DNA of 64,000 bases from Candidatus Cloacimonadales bacterium (GCA_963663475.2 CAXXJV010000001.1:2752001-2816000); one strand, 5' to 3'; counted from the first letter of the stretch, positions 8,880 to 19,059 are shown. Notes: generated by a model not told the origin, from the sequence alone. Made by a program: numbers and translations.

Positions 8880-10256
8880 CTACTTTAAATAATATGACTC
8901 AAGTAAGTTGAGTCCATACTCTTTCACTTCATAATTTTTAAAAACATCATAATATTCAACTGAACCATAATTATTATGGTAATTAACTTTAATATCATAA
9001 AAACCTGGAGCAATATCAAAATCTCCTACATAGGCATAGCCCGGGAAAATAAGGCAAGATCTTAAATCAGCAGCCTCACTTGCTTCAGTTAGTGCAGCTG
9101 TGCCCAACTTTGCTAAGAAACCACCCAACTCACCTGTTTCTTTTTCTATCTTCTTCTGGGTTGCTATTGAAGCAATTCCCTTTAAAACTGTTCTAGTAAT
9201 AGCTCTGATATAAGCCATACGGGCTTTGACTGAAAAAGTCTCTTTTGCTATTCTATTAACTGATTCTATTTTTTCTAATTCACCTACCACTTTTCCATTC
9301 ACTTCAATAGATATTTTTTTAATATTACTGTCTTTTTCTCGCATTCTAGGAAGAGAAAACTTAAAATAATAACCAGCTTCTACACCAGGAAAAATAAACT
9401 GTTCTCCTTGACTCTCCTTACCATCATCTACAAAGACAGTTACTAAATTCTCTAAAGTAGCAACTCGGTAGGTTACAGGATATTTTTCAGGAGCTAAGCC
9501 AGTAAAAGAAACAAAACTTATTTTAGTCTTATCTGCCTTTATACTACTAAAACCAGCTAAATTTGGTTTGGAAAAATTATAGATATGACCTTGTAATTTA
9601 AAAGCTTCGTCAATATACCGATTATCGATTCGAACATCGTCAAATCTGTTTTCAGCTCGATATAATAACATACTCAAGAATCTTGCTAAGGCCGAATTAT
9701 TGAATTGAATACTTTTAACTTGGATATCAATTTTACTATTTTCAGATTCGTTTAATTTTTCAACATATTCTTTATATTTGTCTTCTAGAAGGTTAAGTTT
9801 GTCATTAACCCTTCTAATTTCCACAAAAGCTGATTCTTGCTTATTTAAATTAAGATAGTTTAAAGCCTTAAATATATTAATGTAAATATCTTCATAATCT
9901 TCACCTGCATAAGCCAAAGTATTATCATTGAGCAACATTGAAGAAGCAGCTCTACTTACAGATTTTGTATATAATTCACTAATAGCATCTTCAGCTTTAG
10001 TTAAATGAAAATTACTCTTAATATAATCTTTGTTATAGTGTAAAATCATGCCCATATAGAGATGATAAAGAACTCTATCTTTATCTGGAAAGCACTTTTC
10101 TTTGTTTGTTTCAATAACCTGTAATGAAGCTTCAAAGTTTCTATTCTGAATATTAGTTAATAAGGACTCTTTATACATATCTCTGGTTCTAAGATTAGAA
10201 CATCCAATAATTGACATAAATACTAAAATGATTATAAGATATTTACTCTTGTTCAT
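8880..10256 (-). CDS. COG3014-family lipoprotein
   Basis: Lipobox IIGC, Y-A-G-E-D-Y-E, AFVEIRR, EAADLRS motifs. Confidence 0.75.
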   Translation of the reverse strand: MNKSKYLIIILVFMSIIGCSNLRTRDMYKESLLTNIQNRNFEASLQVIETNKEKCFPDKDRVLYHLYMGMILHYNKDYIKSNFHLTKAEDAISELYTKSVSRAASSMLLNDNTLAYAGEDYEDIYINIFKALNYLNLNKQESAFVEIRRVNDKLNLLEDKYKEYVEKLNESENSKIDIQVKSIQFNNSALARFLSMLLYRAENRFDDVRIDNRYIDEAFKLQGHIYNFSKPNLAGFSSIKADKTKISFVSFTGLAPEKYPVTYRVATLENLVTVFVDDGKESQGEQFIFPGVEAGYYFKFSLPRMREKDSNIKKISIEVNGKVVGELEKIESVNRIAKETFSVKARMAYIRAITRTVLKGIASIATQKKIEKETGELGGFLAKLGTAALTEASEAADLRSCLIFPGYAYVGDFDIAPGFYDIKVNYHNNYGSVEYYDVFKNYEVKEYGLNLLESYYLK

Positions 10257-10292
10257 AAAACTCCCTAGGGACAGATATTAAGCTGAAAAAAG

Positions 10293-10320
10293 ATAGGTAA
10301 CTTGTACACAAGCTACCTAT
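10293..10320 (-). terminator. Hairpin plus U-tract after the lpoB-like gene
   Basis: Minus strand ATAGGTAGCTTG-tgta-CAAGTTACCTAT followed by CTTTTTT. Confidence 0.65.
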
Positions 10321-10329
10321 AAAAGATTA

Positions 10330-10932
10330 TTATAATTTAAACTTACCTTGAGAAACAACTTTCTTTAATTTTTTCTCTCCTATCCATACAGTTTCATTTG
10401 ATTCAGTATTAACTAGCTGAAGGTTAACTTGATAATAAACAACCCTTTGGCCTTCAACTGCATCAATAATTGATTTTATTGAACCTTGAAGTACGAAATC
10501 TGCACCTAGCTCTTCAGCTAGTCTTTTAGCTGTTTCTTCTGAAGCATAAGATTGCTGTTGTAGTCTCTCTTCTCTGATTTCTGCTCGTTCGTCTTTACCT
10601 GCAACGAATCTTACCTTACCAGAGTTTATTAGTTCTCTTTGCATATCTTTGATAAAAGTAGAAGTCTCAATATGCTCACTTGTAAGATTACGCACAGTTC
10701 CTACTGTCACGACAGGTTTTTCAGAGTTTTCAGCAACAAAATTCATTAACCAGTTTTGTGATACTACATCCTTAACCATCTCTTCTGATACTTGCTGAGA
10801 ATCAATATCATTCCACCTACCACTTAAGTCAATTTTTTCATCAACTCCTCTTCTACTAACCTCTCTTGAAGAAGAACATCCTGCAAGGACTAAAAGGATT
10901 AATAGGGCTAAGATCATATAAGTTTTCTTCAT
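10330..10932 (-). CDS. Penicillin-binding protein activator LpoB-family lipoprotein
   Basis: Lipobox LAGC, V-R-N-x-T-S-E-H-I, GADFVLQGSI, ETVWIGEKK. Confidence 0.8.
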   Translation of the reverse strand: MKKTYMILALLILLVLAGCSSSREVSRRGVDEKIDLSGRWNDIDSQQVSEEMVKDVVSQNWLMNFVAENSEKPVVTVGTVRNLTSEHIETSTFIKDMQRELINSGKVRFVAGKDERAEIREERLQQQSYASEETAKRLAEELGADFVLQGSIKSIIDAVEGQRVVYYQVNLQLVNTESNETVWIGEKKLKKVVSQGKFKL

Positions 10933-10953
10933 TATTTCCTCCGCTTTATGTTT

Positions 10954-11910
10954 TTATTTACTAGCTAAGAAGACCTTAACTTTCTCGTCAATATCTTTTT
11001 TATTTTTATTCTTAATAAACTGTTGTTGATAGAAATTATATTGAGACTCAATAATTCTTCTATGGACATAAATCACTATTGGAGAGAATATAAAAGAGCT
11101 AAGCATAAAGAGTAAAATCATTGAGGGAATTGAACTTATAATATCAATCCTGTTTACAAGTAAAGGAAAATTTACCTGGAGAATATCTGGAAATAAGGAC
11201 TTTAGATAAATAAAAATATTAACCAATGCATGTTTATAAATTAGTAGAGATAGGGTAATAAATAACAAGTTAACTAACCATGCTTTGAGATAATAGCTTT
11301 TCATTTGAGAAATAGACTTAAAGATTTTATTCAGGGTTCTGACTTCATTTCCACCAGTATAGAAGAGTAAAATTTGAGTTCTCAGCATCATAGTAATACT
11401 TGCTGTTGTTAAGACAAGAATGATATAAAGAGGTTCTTGAAATCTGTTTAGACCAGCTATATCATAAAATAGATTAGTTAAAAAATTCAAATCCCAAAGT
11501 GGAAGAAAATAGATGATAGCAAAGCAAATCATCCAGAGAAAGAGACTAATCAGGGTAATAAAGACATTAATATTATCCTTATCTTTGTAAGGTATTATAT
11601 CAATTTCATCCCTTTTTTTAAAAGAATTAATAATTTTTTGATCAATTGAAATTGAGATATAGTTCCAGATAACAAGTATAGCAAAAAGAATGGAGCAGAT
11701 TAATGGTATATTTTGCCAAGAGTAAGACATGGTAAAAAAATAGTTATCCAACCATCTTCTCTCAGAAACAAAAACTGATAGATCTTGGGGCTGTAAAAAT
11801 ATTTGGAGTCCATTCCAACCTCCAAAAAATAACAGCTGGCTCCATAAAATTATCTTAGAGAACAGAAATTTATCATTTTTAACTATTGAATCTTCATTAC
11901 TGTAAAGCAA
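10954..11910 (-). CDS. Hypothetical polytopic membrane protein
   Basis: About 6 hydrophobic segments; AGGAG RBS ahead of a TTG start. Confidence 0.7.
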   Translation of the reverse strand: MLYSNEDSIVKNDKFLFSKIILWSQLLFFGGWNGLQIFLQPQDLSVFVSERRWLDNYFFTMSYSWQNIPLICSILFAILVIWNYISISIDQKIINSFKKRDEIDIIPYKDKDNINVFITLISLFLWMICFAIIYFLPLWDLNFLTNLFYDIAGLNRFQEPLYIILVLTTASITMMLRTQILLFYTGGNEVRTLNKIFKSISQMKSYYLKAWLVNLLFITLSLLIYKHALVNIFIYLKSLFPDILQVNFPLLVNRIDIISSIPSMILLFMLSSFIFSPIVIYVHRRIIESQYNFYQQQFIKNKNKKDIDEKVKVFLASK

Positions 11911-12044
11911 GTATTTTCTCCTTCTTAACTTTAAACTAAGATAACTGAGGGTCTATGTTTGTCAATTTATTAATGATTTTTTTTATTATTGACAGTATAT
12001 TTCAAATAATATTAATATCATTTTACTAACAAAAAGGAGATTTT

Positions 12045-12890
12045 ATGGAAAGAACAGGATTCCAAAAAGTAGGCATCTATGTTGATGTAGCTAACATAGC
12101 CCAGAATGGTGGTTATGGAATAGCTTACGATGTGTTGCGTGAATTTGCTTGCCGTAATCATGGTACAGCAGTAAGATTGAATGCTTACTTAGCCTATGAT
12201 GAAGAAAGAGCTAAGAGTGATGCTGAGTATCGACGCCATTCTCTAAATTTTCATGCTAACTTACGTGACTATGGTTATAAAGTCATAGTGAAGTCTGTTA
12301 GATTTTTCTTTGATGAGCTAGGTCATCGTTATGCAAAAGCAAATGCTGATCTTGATTTAGCCGTAGATGCTTTATTACAATCAAATCATTTAGATTATGT
12401 TTTATTAGTGACAGGAGATGGAGATTTTCTTCAGGTCATCAGAGCCTTGCAAAATAAGGGTTGCAGAGTCGATGTATTAGGTTTTAAGAATGTATCATAT
12501 TTATTAAAAAACGAAGCCGATATATTTGTTTCAGGATTTTTAGTTCCTGATTTATTACCAGTCCAAGACGAATATGGAGTTCCTCTCAATAAAGAACATT
12601 GGGGTGAGATTGGTTCTTATGTTCGTGGAGTATGCTATACTTATAATAAAGAGAAGAACTTTGGTTTCTTTAGAGTATTAAATTCAATCAATGAGGGCTT
12701 ATGGATTACAGATTCTCGTAAGGAACATTCTCCCTATAAGTCAATCTTCTTTCACAGCTCCAATTTACCTGAAGGTATAGATATTGAACTTCCTAACCGT
12801 AATCAAATATTTGAATTTAAATTAGCCCAAGGTGAAAAGGGCTTTCAAGCTGTTGATATCCGAGTTGGTTATAAATACAGTTTTAAGTAG
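12045..12890 (+). CDS. NYN (LabA/DUF88) domain protein with C-terminal cold-shock-like OB fold
   Basis: IYVDVANI, DLDLAVD, LVTGDGDF, GCRV; C-terminal NFGF..IFFHSS..GEKGFQAVDI. Confidence 0.85.
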   Translation: MERTGFQKVGIYVDVANIAQNGGYGIAYDVLREFACRNHGTAVRLNAYLAYDEERAKSDAEYRRHSLNFHANLRDYGYKVIVKSVRFFFDELGHRYAKANADLDLAVDALLQSNHLDYVLLVTGDGDFLQVIRALQNKGCRVDVLGFKNVSYLLKNEADIFVSGFLVPDLLPVQDEYGVPLNKEHWGEIGSYVRGVCYTYNKEKNFGFFRVLNSINEGLWITDSRKEHSPYKSIFFHSSNLPEGIDIELPNRNQIFEFKLAQGEKGFQAVDIRVGYKYSFK

Positions 12891-12952
12891 ATTATTAAAA
12901 AAGAAAAATTATTATAAGTTGAAAATAAAGTAATTTTAAAACTTTGAATATT

Positions 12953-12983
12953 AAGTGAGTTAGAAGATAACTCACTTTTTTTT
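12953..12983 (+). terminator. Rho-independent terminator
   Basis: AAGTGAGTTA-gaaga-TAACTCACTT followed by a T-run. Confidence 0.7.
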
Positions 12984-13058
12984 AAAATAAAATGCAGGAT
13001 TTTCTAAATGGTCAAGTCTTAAGGGGTGAAGACATAAAAGAAACCAAAAAAGGAGTAT

Positions 13059-13577
13059 ATGATGTTTAAAAAAACTGTATTAGTTGTTGCCTTAATGGCA
13101 GTGTTGTTAGGAAGTCTTTTAGCTCAACCAATGAGATACCAGGCTAAAAGAGAATTAGGTGATGAAAGAGGCATTCATTCTCAATATAAGAATTATCCTG
13201 GAAGAATGGGTATGGAAATGGGTATGCATAATCGTAATGGTGGAAAGAGAATGCATAAGATGCTACCAGGAAGAATGGTTTTAGCCATGGCCGACCAAAT
13301 AGATTTATCTCAAGCTCAGATTGATAAAATTAAAGATATTCAAACAGATTTTGGTAAAATGAATAATTCAAAGACAGCTGAGATTGAGAATTTATTAATA
13401 GACAAAAGAGCTGCTATGCGTGCTCAGAATTTTAAGGAAGCTAGAAAAGTTACTACTGATATCTATGAACTTCGTCAAGATTTAGCAGTAGCAAAAATTA
13501 CTGCTATGGAAGATATCTATAAAGAATTAAGTACAGAGCAAATTGAAAAGCTAAAAAATGAATGTTTAATGGACTAA
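13059..13577 (+). CDS. Spy/CpxP-like periplasmic protein
   Basis: Signal peptide, Met/Gly-rich N-terminus, LSQAQ and LSTEQ (LTxxQ-like) motifs. Confidence 0.7.
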   Translation: MMFKKTVLVVALMAVLLGSLLAQPMRYQAKRELGDERGIHSQYKNYPGRMGMEMGMHNRNGGKRMHKMLPGRMVLAMADQIDLSQAQIDKIKDIQTDFGKMNNSKTAEIENLLIDKRAAMRAQNFKEARKVTTDIYELRQDLAVAKITAMEDIYKELSTEQIEKLKNECLMD

Positions 13578-13602
13578 AATAAAAAACACTCTCTCTCAAA
13601 TC

Positions 13603-13632
13603 TAAAGAGGAATGCCTAGGCATTCCTCTTTA
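13603..13632. terminator. Bidirectional terminator-like palindrome
   Basis: TAAAGAGGAATGCCTAGGCATTCCTCTTTA between convergent genes. Confidence 0.75.
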
Positions 13633-13693
13633 TTTGAAAAAGACAAAAGAAGATACTTCTTCTCAAGTATTGTTTCAATGTTTGAATTTTGTT

Positions 13694-16600
13694 TTAGGGA
13701 ATACTTCTAACAAGTCTGAAGCCTATATTCCAAGCTCTAGTTGCATAGTTCATAGAAGCTCTTGCAATGTTTGTGCAGGCATAAGAACTTTCCGCAAAAC
13801 TACCTCCTCTAATCATACGTTGATCCCCTGCTACTGGACCTGTCGGATTTACTTGAGGAGTACTAGGGTAAGTAGCATAATAATCCCAACACCATTCCCA
13901 GACATTTCCTGACATATCATAAATACCTAGTTCATTAGCTTGTTTAAGTCCAACACTGCAATGAGAAGTTGCATTATCATTATACCAGCCAACCTCATCT
14001 AAATTGTTAGAACCACAATATGTGTAATTTTCAGATTGATTACCTCCTTTAGCAGCAAACATCCATTCCATTTCTGTTGGTAATCTATAACCATTTGCAT
14101 TAAAATTACAAGTGATATATTCTTCATTAAAAGTATAATTTTGAATAAAAGGAGCCCAATCGTCAGGATTACTTCCATAATTTTGGTATGTGTAACAGGG
14201 AGTCAAACCCTCAGAAATAGATCTGCGATTGCAGTAAGATATGGCATCAACCAAATTGACGCTATCTACTGGCCGATTAGGTTTTGAATAATAGTTTGGA
14301 TAATGAGAAGGATTGGTTCCCATAATATTCTGATAATTAATTTGTGTCATCTCATATTTATCCATATAGAAAGAAGATATGGTTACTTGGGAAGATCCGT
14401 TATTGAAGGTGCCTCCTTCAACATATTTAAAATCAGGAGGAAAAATCCAATATTCAAAAACTCCAGTTTCAGAATCAAAAAGACCTGGTTTAAATGCCTT
14501 AGCTTTCAATATTGTATGATTACTAGTTACAAATATTCCTGAAGTATAAAGTGTTGAGTTTGAGTTAGGTTCACTTCCATCGGTAGTATATCTAATCACA
14601 GACCCAAAAGTTTCACATTCAATTCTAACATTAAATGTATCATAACCGTGTCCTCCAGGATGACTAAAGCTAGGAGTAGATACTTGTTCTTGGTGAATAC
14701 CACGGACACACCTAAAACCATTCCCCCAATGCAAAGTAGTATTTGCAATAAATCCTCGATGATTTATTAAACAATTGTCATTACCATATTGCCAGCCTCC
14801 TCCTTTAATTACCTTAGAAGGATTTGTTTGATCTGTAGTGGGATTAATCTGGTTTGTGTTAGATAGACTTCCTTCATGATCCCAACACCATTCCCAAACA
14901 TTTCCACTCATATCATAAATACCTAGTTCATTACCATCTTTTGTTCCTACTTCATGAGTTCCATAATCAGGATTTGAAGTTCCACCTGATATTTGCGAAG
15001 CATTACCTGAAAACCAAGCAACATCCCACACATTATTACTACCACTATATGTATAGCCTAAAGATTGATTTCCCCCTTTGGCTGCAAACATCCACTCCAT
15101 TTCGGTTGGTAACCGATAACCATTTACACTCCAATCGCAAGAAATATTAAGAGTATTGTTTGAGTCACTATTCCAGTCGGAAGGCCAGTTATCAGGATTA
15201 CTCCCATAAATACCATAACTGTAACAAGGAAGTTGATTCTCTTGAATACTTCTTCTATTACAATATTCTATTGCATCAAACCAGCTAACATTTTCCACAG
15301 GCTTATTTCCATTATCTGCGAAATAGGAGGGGTTATTTCCCATAACTGCTTGATACCCTACCTGAGTTATTTCATATTTATCAATTAAGAAGGGAGATAG
15401 TGTAACATTAGCAAATCCATTGTTAAATGTTCCTCCTTCAACTTGAATAAAGTTATCTGGTACTATGAAGTATTCAGCTTCTGAAATAAGTGATGGATAT
15501 AAATCATCTTTGTAGGCTCTTGCTCTTAGGATAGTAGAATAATTTATTTCTATAGGTGATGAGTAAAGTAAAGAAGATTGGCTTGGTTCACTTCCGTCAG
15601 TAGTATATCTTATTTCAGACCCAAAGCTTGAAGAGGTAATACTTATGGACTGTGGGCTAAGATAAGTTCCTGATGATAGATTGAAGATTGGGGCTTGAAC
15701 TTGTCGGTCTAAAGAATTTCTTGCACATCTAAAACCAATGTGCTGAAAAAGATTAGTAATTGTAGATTCTGTTCTATAATCAATACGACAAAGATTCTCT
15801 GAACAATTCCAACAACCACCACGCATCACACGTGCATCTCCTGTAGAAGCACCAGTTGGATTAGTTTGCTGAACTTCAGAATATTCTCCCAGAATATCCC
15901 AACACATTTCAAAAACGTTTCCACTCATGTCATAGAAACCTAATTCATTAGCTTGTTTTGTTCCTACGCTATGTGTTCCGTAATCAGGATTATCACTTTC
16001 TCCAGTAATAAATAATGCATTAGCATTAAACCAAGCAACATCCCAAATATTGTTACTACCACTATAAATATACCCAGAACTTTGATTACCACCCATAGCA
16101 GCAAACATCCACTCCATCTCAGTTGGTAAACGATAACCATTAGCATAATTATTTAAGTAAACATAATGTTGCTTTGAATCATGATTATCCCAGTCATTAG
16201 GCCAGTTGTCAGGATTAACTCCGTAAGAATCATAACGATAATATGGATTTAGGTTTTCTTGAATACTTCTCCGGTTACAGTATTCTATTGCATCAAACCA
16301 AGTTACCTGTTCAACAGGTCGATTTAAGTTACCTGTAAAGTAAGATGGGTTAGTTCCCATAATCTCTAAGTAACTAGACTGAGTAACTTCATACTTATCT
16401 AGGTAAAATGAGCTTAAAGTTACATCTGCTGTACCATTATTAAAAGTAGCTCCTTCTACAAGAATAAAACTCTCAGGTTGGATATGAAATTCAGCTTGGC
16501 CAACTATTGAAGGAATCATATCATTCTTATAGGCTTTTGCTTTGATTTTTAAAGATGAATAGACATCAATTGGACCATAATAAATTGCAGAACTTTCATT

Positions 16601-17830
16601 TGGCTCAGTGTCATCAAGTGTATAACGTATTGTAGCGCCAGGTGTAGTAGTTGAGATTATTACACTTTGAAAGTCGTTATAGACTCCAGCAGGAGGACTA
16701 AAAGTTGGCATAGAAACTTGTTCTTCTAAGGTTGATCTTACTAAACGTAAACCAACAATCGCATTTCTTGATGTTGGTGTTAAGATACTCCTATGGAATA
16801 CTCTTGAATTTAAGAAAGGATTACTCCAACTACCTCCACGAATGCATCTATGTGAGCCACTACTAGGTCCATGAGGATTAGTTTGATCATTTGTGGGATA
16901 TTCACCATATAGATCCCAACATAGCTCAAAAACATTACCACTCATGTCATATAAGCCTAACTCATTAGGGGCTAGTAATCCAACTTCATGTGAGCTACTA
17001 GCGGAATTTTCATTATACCAAGCTACAGCGTTTATGTTTTCACTTCCACTATAAGTATAGTTATTTGAGAGATTACCTCCCTTAGCAGCGAACATCCATT
17101 CCATTTCTGTTGGTAATCTATAACCATTATTTTGAAAATCACAGGCAAAATTCACCTGATAAAGAGCTGTAGAATTCCAACCTTCTGGCCAAGCAGCAGG
17201 ATCATAACCATATTCTGCATATGAATAACAGGGTGTTAAATTCTCTTCCACACTTCTTAAATTACAATAAACTAGAGCATCATACCAAGAAATCTTTTCT
17301 ATTGGATGATTAGGATTATTACCATTATCATAATTATTGGAAGGGTTTTCTCCTATCACTGCTTCATATTCAGCTTGTTTTAATTCATAATTAGAGATGT
17401 AAAAAGAGGAAAGTGTGATGTTAGATGTTCCATTATTAAATGTTCCCCCTTCAACTAAGATAAAATTTGTTTGGTTGTCATTAGCTACTGCTGCAACATA
17501 ATAAAACCTTCTTTCATTGCTTAGAGGACCAGTCCAACTATTACCTGAAAAGACGCCTGATAGGTCTTCTTCGAACTCACTTTGAGGCTTAGTAGATGAA
17601 TAAACCTTATAAGAATCTATACCAGTAACTTGTTCCCAAGTAAGACTTAAAGTATTGTTATCCTGGTTAATACTAATAGAGATTCCTTCTACAAGACGAT
17701 TAGAATCTTCTGTGGGAAAGGAAATTGCTACGTTGGCTTGTGGTAACCTATTTGCTTGAATAGTTAAAGGACATATTAATATAATAAATACCATAAAAAA
17801 ATAATAACAAGAAACACGAGAAATTTTCAT
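13694..17830 (-). CDS. Secreted protein with four FGE-sulfatase (SUMF1/CLec-fold) domains separated by three Ig-like Fn3-associated linker domains
   Basis: 4x (GYRLPTEMEWMFAA..NELGxYDMSGNV..GG..GF/LR) and 3x (P.F..P.G...IRYT.DG.EP). Start set at ATG 17830 behind GGAGG; the ORF track starts at 17842. Confidence 0.9.
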   Translation of the reverse strand: MKISRVSCYYFFMVFIILICPLTIQANRLPQANVAISFPTEDSNRLVEGISISINQDNNTLSLTWEQVTGIDSYKVYSSTKPQSEFEEDLSGVFSGNSWTGPLSNERRFYYVAAVANDNQTNFILVEGGTFNNGTSNITLSSFYISNYELKQAEYEAVIGENPSNNYDNGNNPNHPIEKISWYDALVYCNLRSVEENLTPCYSYAEYGYDPAAWPEGWNSTALYQVNFACDFQNNGYRLPTEMEWMFAAKGGNLSNNYTYSGSENINAVAWYNENSASSSHEVGLLAPNELGLYDMSGNVFELCWDLYGEYPTNDQTNPHGPSSGSHRCIRGGSWSNPFLNSRVFHRSILTPTSRNAIVGLRLVRSTLEEQVSMPTFSPPAGVYNDFQSVIISTTTPGATIRYTLDDTEPNESSAIYYGPIDVYSSLKIKAKAYKNDMIPSIVGQAEFHIQPESFILVEGATFNNGTADVTLSSFYLDKYEVTQSSYLEIMGTNPSYFTGNLNRPVEQVTWFDAIEYCNRRSIQENLNPYYRYDSYGVNPDNWPNDWDNHDSKQHYVYLNNYANGYRLPTEMEWMFAAMGGNQSSGYIYSGSNNIWDVAWFNANALFITGESDNPDYGTHSVGTKQANELGFYDMSGNVFEMCWDILGEYSEVQQTNPTGASTGDARVMRGGCWNCSENLCRIDYRTESTITNLFQHIGFRCARNSLDRQVQAPIFNLSSGTYLSPQSISITSSSFGSEIRYTTDGSEPSQSSLLYSSPIEINYSTILRARAYKDDLYPSLISEAEYFIVPDNFIQVEGGTFNNGFANVTLSPFLIDKYEITQVGYQAVMGNNPSYFADNGNKPVENVSWFDAIEYCNRRSIQENQLPCYSYGIYGSNPDNWPSDWNSDSNNTLNISCDWSVNGYRLPTEMEWMFAAKGGNQSLGYTYSGSNNVWDVAWFSGNASQISGGTSNPDYGTHEVGTKDGNELGIYDMSGNVWEWCWDHEGSLSNTNQINPTTDQTNPSKVIKGGGWQYGNDNCLINHRGFIANTTLHWGNGFRCVRGIHQEQVSTPSFSHPGGHGYDTFNVRIECETFGSVIRYTTDGSEPNSNSTLYTSGIFVTSNHTILKAKAFKPGLFDSETGVFEYWIFPPDFKYVEGGTFNNGSSQVTISSFYMDKYEMTQINYQNIMGTNPSHYPNYYSKPNRPVDSVNLVDAISYCNRRSISEGLTPCYTYQNYGSNPDDWAPFIQNYTFNEEYITCNFNANGYRLPTEMEWMFAAKGGNQSENYTYCGSNNLDEVGWYNDNATSHCSVGLKQANELGIYDMSGNVWEWCWDYYATYPSTPQVNPTGPVAGDQRMIRGGSFAESSYACTNIARASMNYATRAWNIGFRLVRSIP

Positions 17831-18093
17831 ATATTCCTCCAAGATTGTGGGTTCCTTTTCAAATATGCTTAATAATAATTATAATGCATTAGTGTCTCAT
17901 AATAAATTTATTTATGCTAATACATTATTAATTGTCAAGTTTAAAATTGAAAGAGAAATAGATATTTATCTCTTAATGAAGACTACACTAAGAGAATAAA
18001 CCTTTTATAATGAACTTTCCTATTCTTATAATTAATATTTTAAGTTAAGTTTTTATTATTGATTTTAGGTCTAGTTTTCTGAGTAAAAACTTG

Positions 18094-19014
18094 TTAATTT
18101 TGACTAAAATCAGCAATTATATCATCAATTACCTCTAGCAAATCTTTCTCTTGTTGTAGTTTTTTTTCCACATTTCCGATTAGCTGCAAAGGATTAATTA
18201 AATCTCTTAACCTCCCAAGTAAATACCAATTATCAGGTAGCTTTGTCTCAGCATAAGTATTATAAGCCTTAGCAAAAAGAATTTTATCTTGTTTGCTAAA
18301 ACAGTCTCTGTAGCGGAAGAACTGTCCCACATCAGCTAAAGAATGTCCATTAGTAGAGTATTCCCAATCAACTATATAAATATCGTCGCTGGAAGCTAGA
18401 ATCATGTTAGCTGGACGAAAATCTGAGTGAATAAAACTCTTATAGATCTCAATTTCATTGAGAAGATTTTGATTATTAGCAATAAAATCTTCTATCATTT
18501 TTATTCTCTTTTCCCCTATAAGTCTCTGAGTTTTTTTATTGCTTAGAAAGAGCTTAAACCAACTTGAAAAAGGAGGTAAATCAAATTCTTGTATCTTTAA
18601 TCTTGTTTGGAAAGAGTGTATTTTTGCTAGGGATTCTCCAACTTGAATTATATGTTCTTCTCTAATTTCCTCCTGGCAAAGAAAGTGAGAAAAATTAACA
18701 CCTTTTATAAATTCATAGAGAATAAAATATCGCTTATTCTTAAGTGAATAATCTAGCAATTTAGGTATTTTAATGATTTTAGCAAGTTCTTGGTTTAAAG
18801 CTAGTTCATTAACAATCATAGCAGAGTCTTGACTAGTTACCCTGAGTAAAAATGTAGCAGTCTTTGTTCTTAGGATAAAATTACTATTTCTACAACCAAT
18901 TTCAATTAGTTTTACGTCAAATATTTCTTTGTGCTTAAAAACAGTAAAGATATCTTTAAGTTGCTTACTATCAAGTTTGTAGTAAGGATATGAACGTTCC
19001 CAATGAATATCCAT
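18094..19014 (-). CDS. Aminoglycoside phosphotransferase/choline kinase-like protein
   Basis: HSDFRPANM and VDWE motifs. Confidence 0.85.
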   Translation of the reverse strand: MDIHWERSYPYYKLDSKQLKDIFTVFKHKEIFDVKLIEIGCRNSNFILRTKTATFLLRVTSQDSAMIVNELALNQELAKIIKIPKLLDYSLKNKRYFILYEFIKGVNFSHFLCQEEIREEHIIQVGESLAKIHSFQTRLKIQEFDLPPFSSWFKLFLSNKKTQRLIGEKRIKMIEDFIANNQNLLNEIEIYKSFIHSDFRPANMILASSDDIYIVDWEYSTNGHSLADVGQFFRYRDCFSKQDKILFAKAYNTYAETKLPDNWYLLGRLRDLINPLQLIGNVEKKLQQEKDLLEVIDDIIADFSQN

Positions 19015-19024
19015 AAGAAGAGGT

Positions 19025-19047
19025 AAGGCTGAGTTTCCCCAGCCTTT
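19025..19047 (-). terminator. Possible hairpin after the PEPCK gene
   Basis: AAGGCTG..CAGCCTT inverted repeat; weak U-tract. Confidence 0.4.
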
Positions 19048-19059
19048 TCCAAATAGTTT

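Noticed and set aside
13634-13912. 92-aa + strand ORF
   Set aside because: Starts right after a terminator and is mostly antisense to the FGE gene.
13694-17830. Complete DGR locus
   Set aside because: No reverse transcriptase, Avd or adenine-specific template repeat found in the window.
18094-19014. APH-like gene (and the AAC(3)-like gene) as antibiotic resistance determinants
   Set aside because: Only superfamily motifs are visible; no mobile context or close resemblance to known resistance enzymes can be shown.
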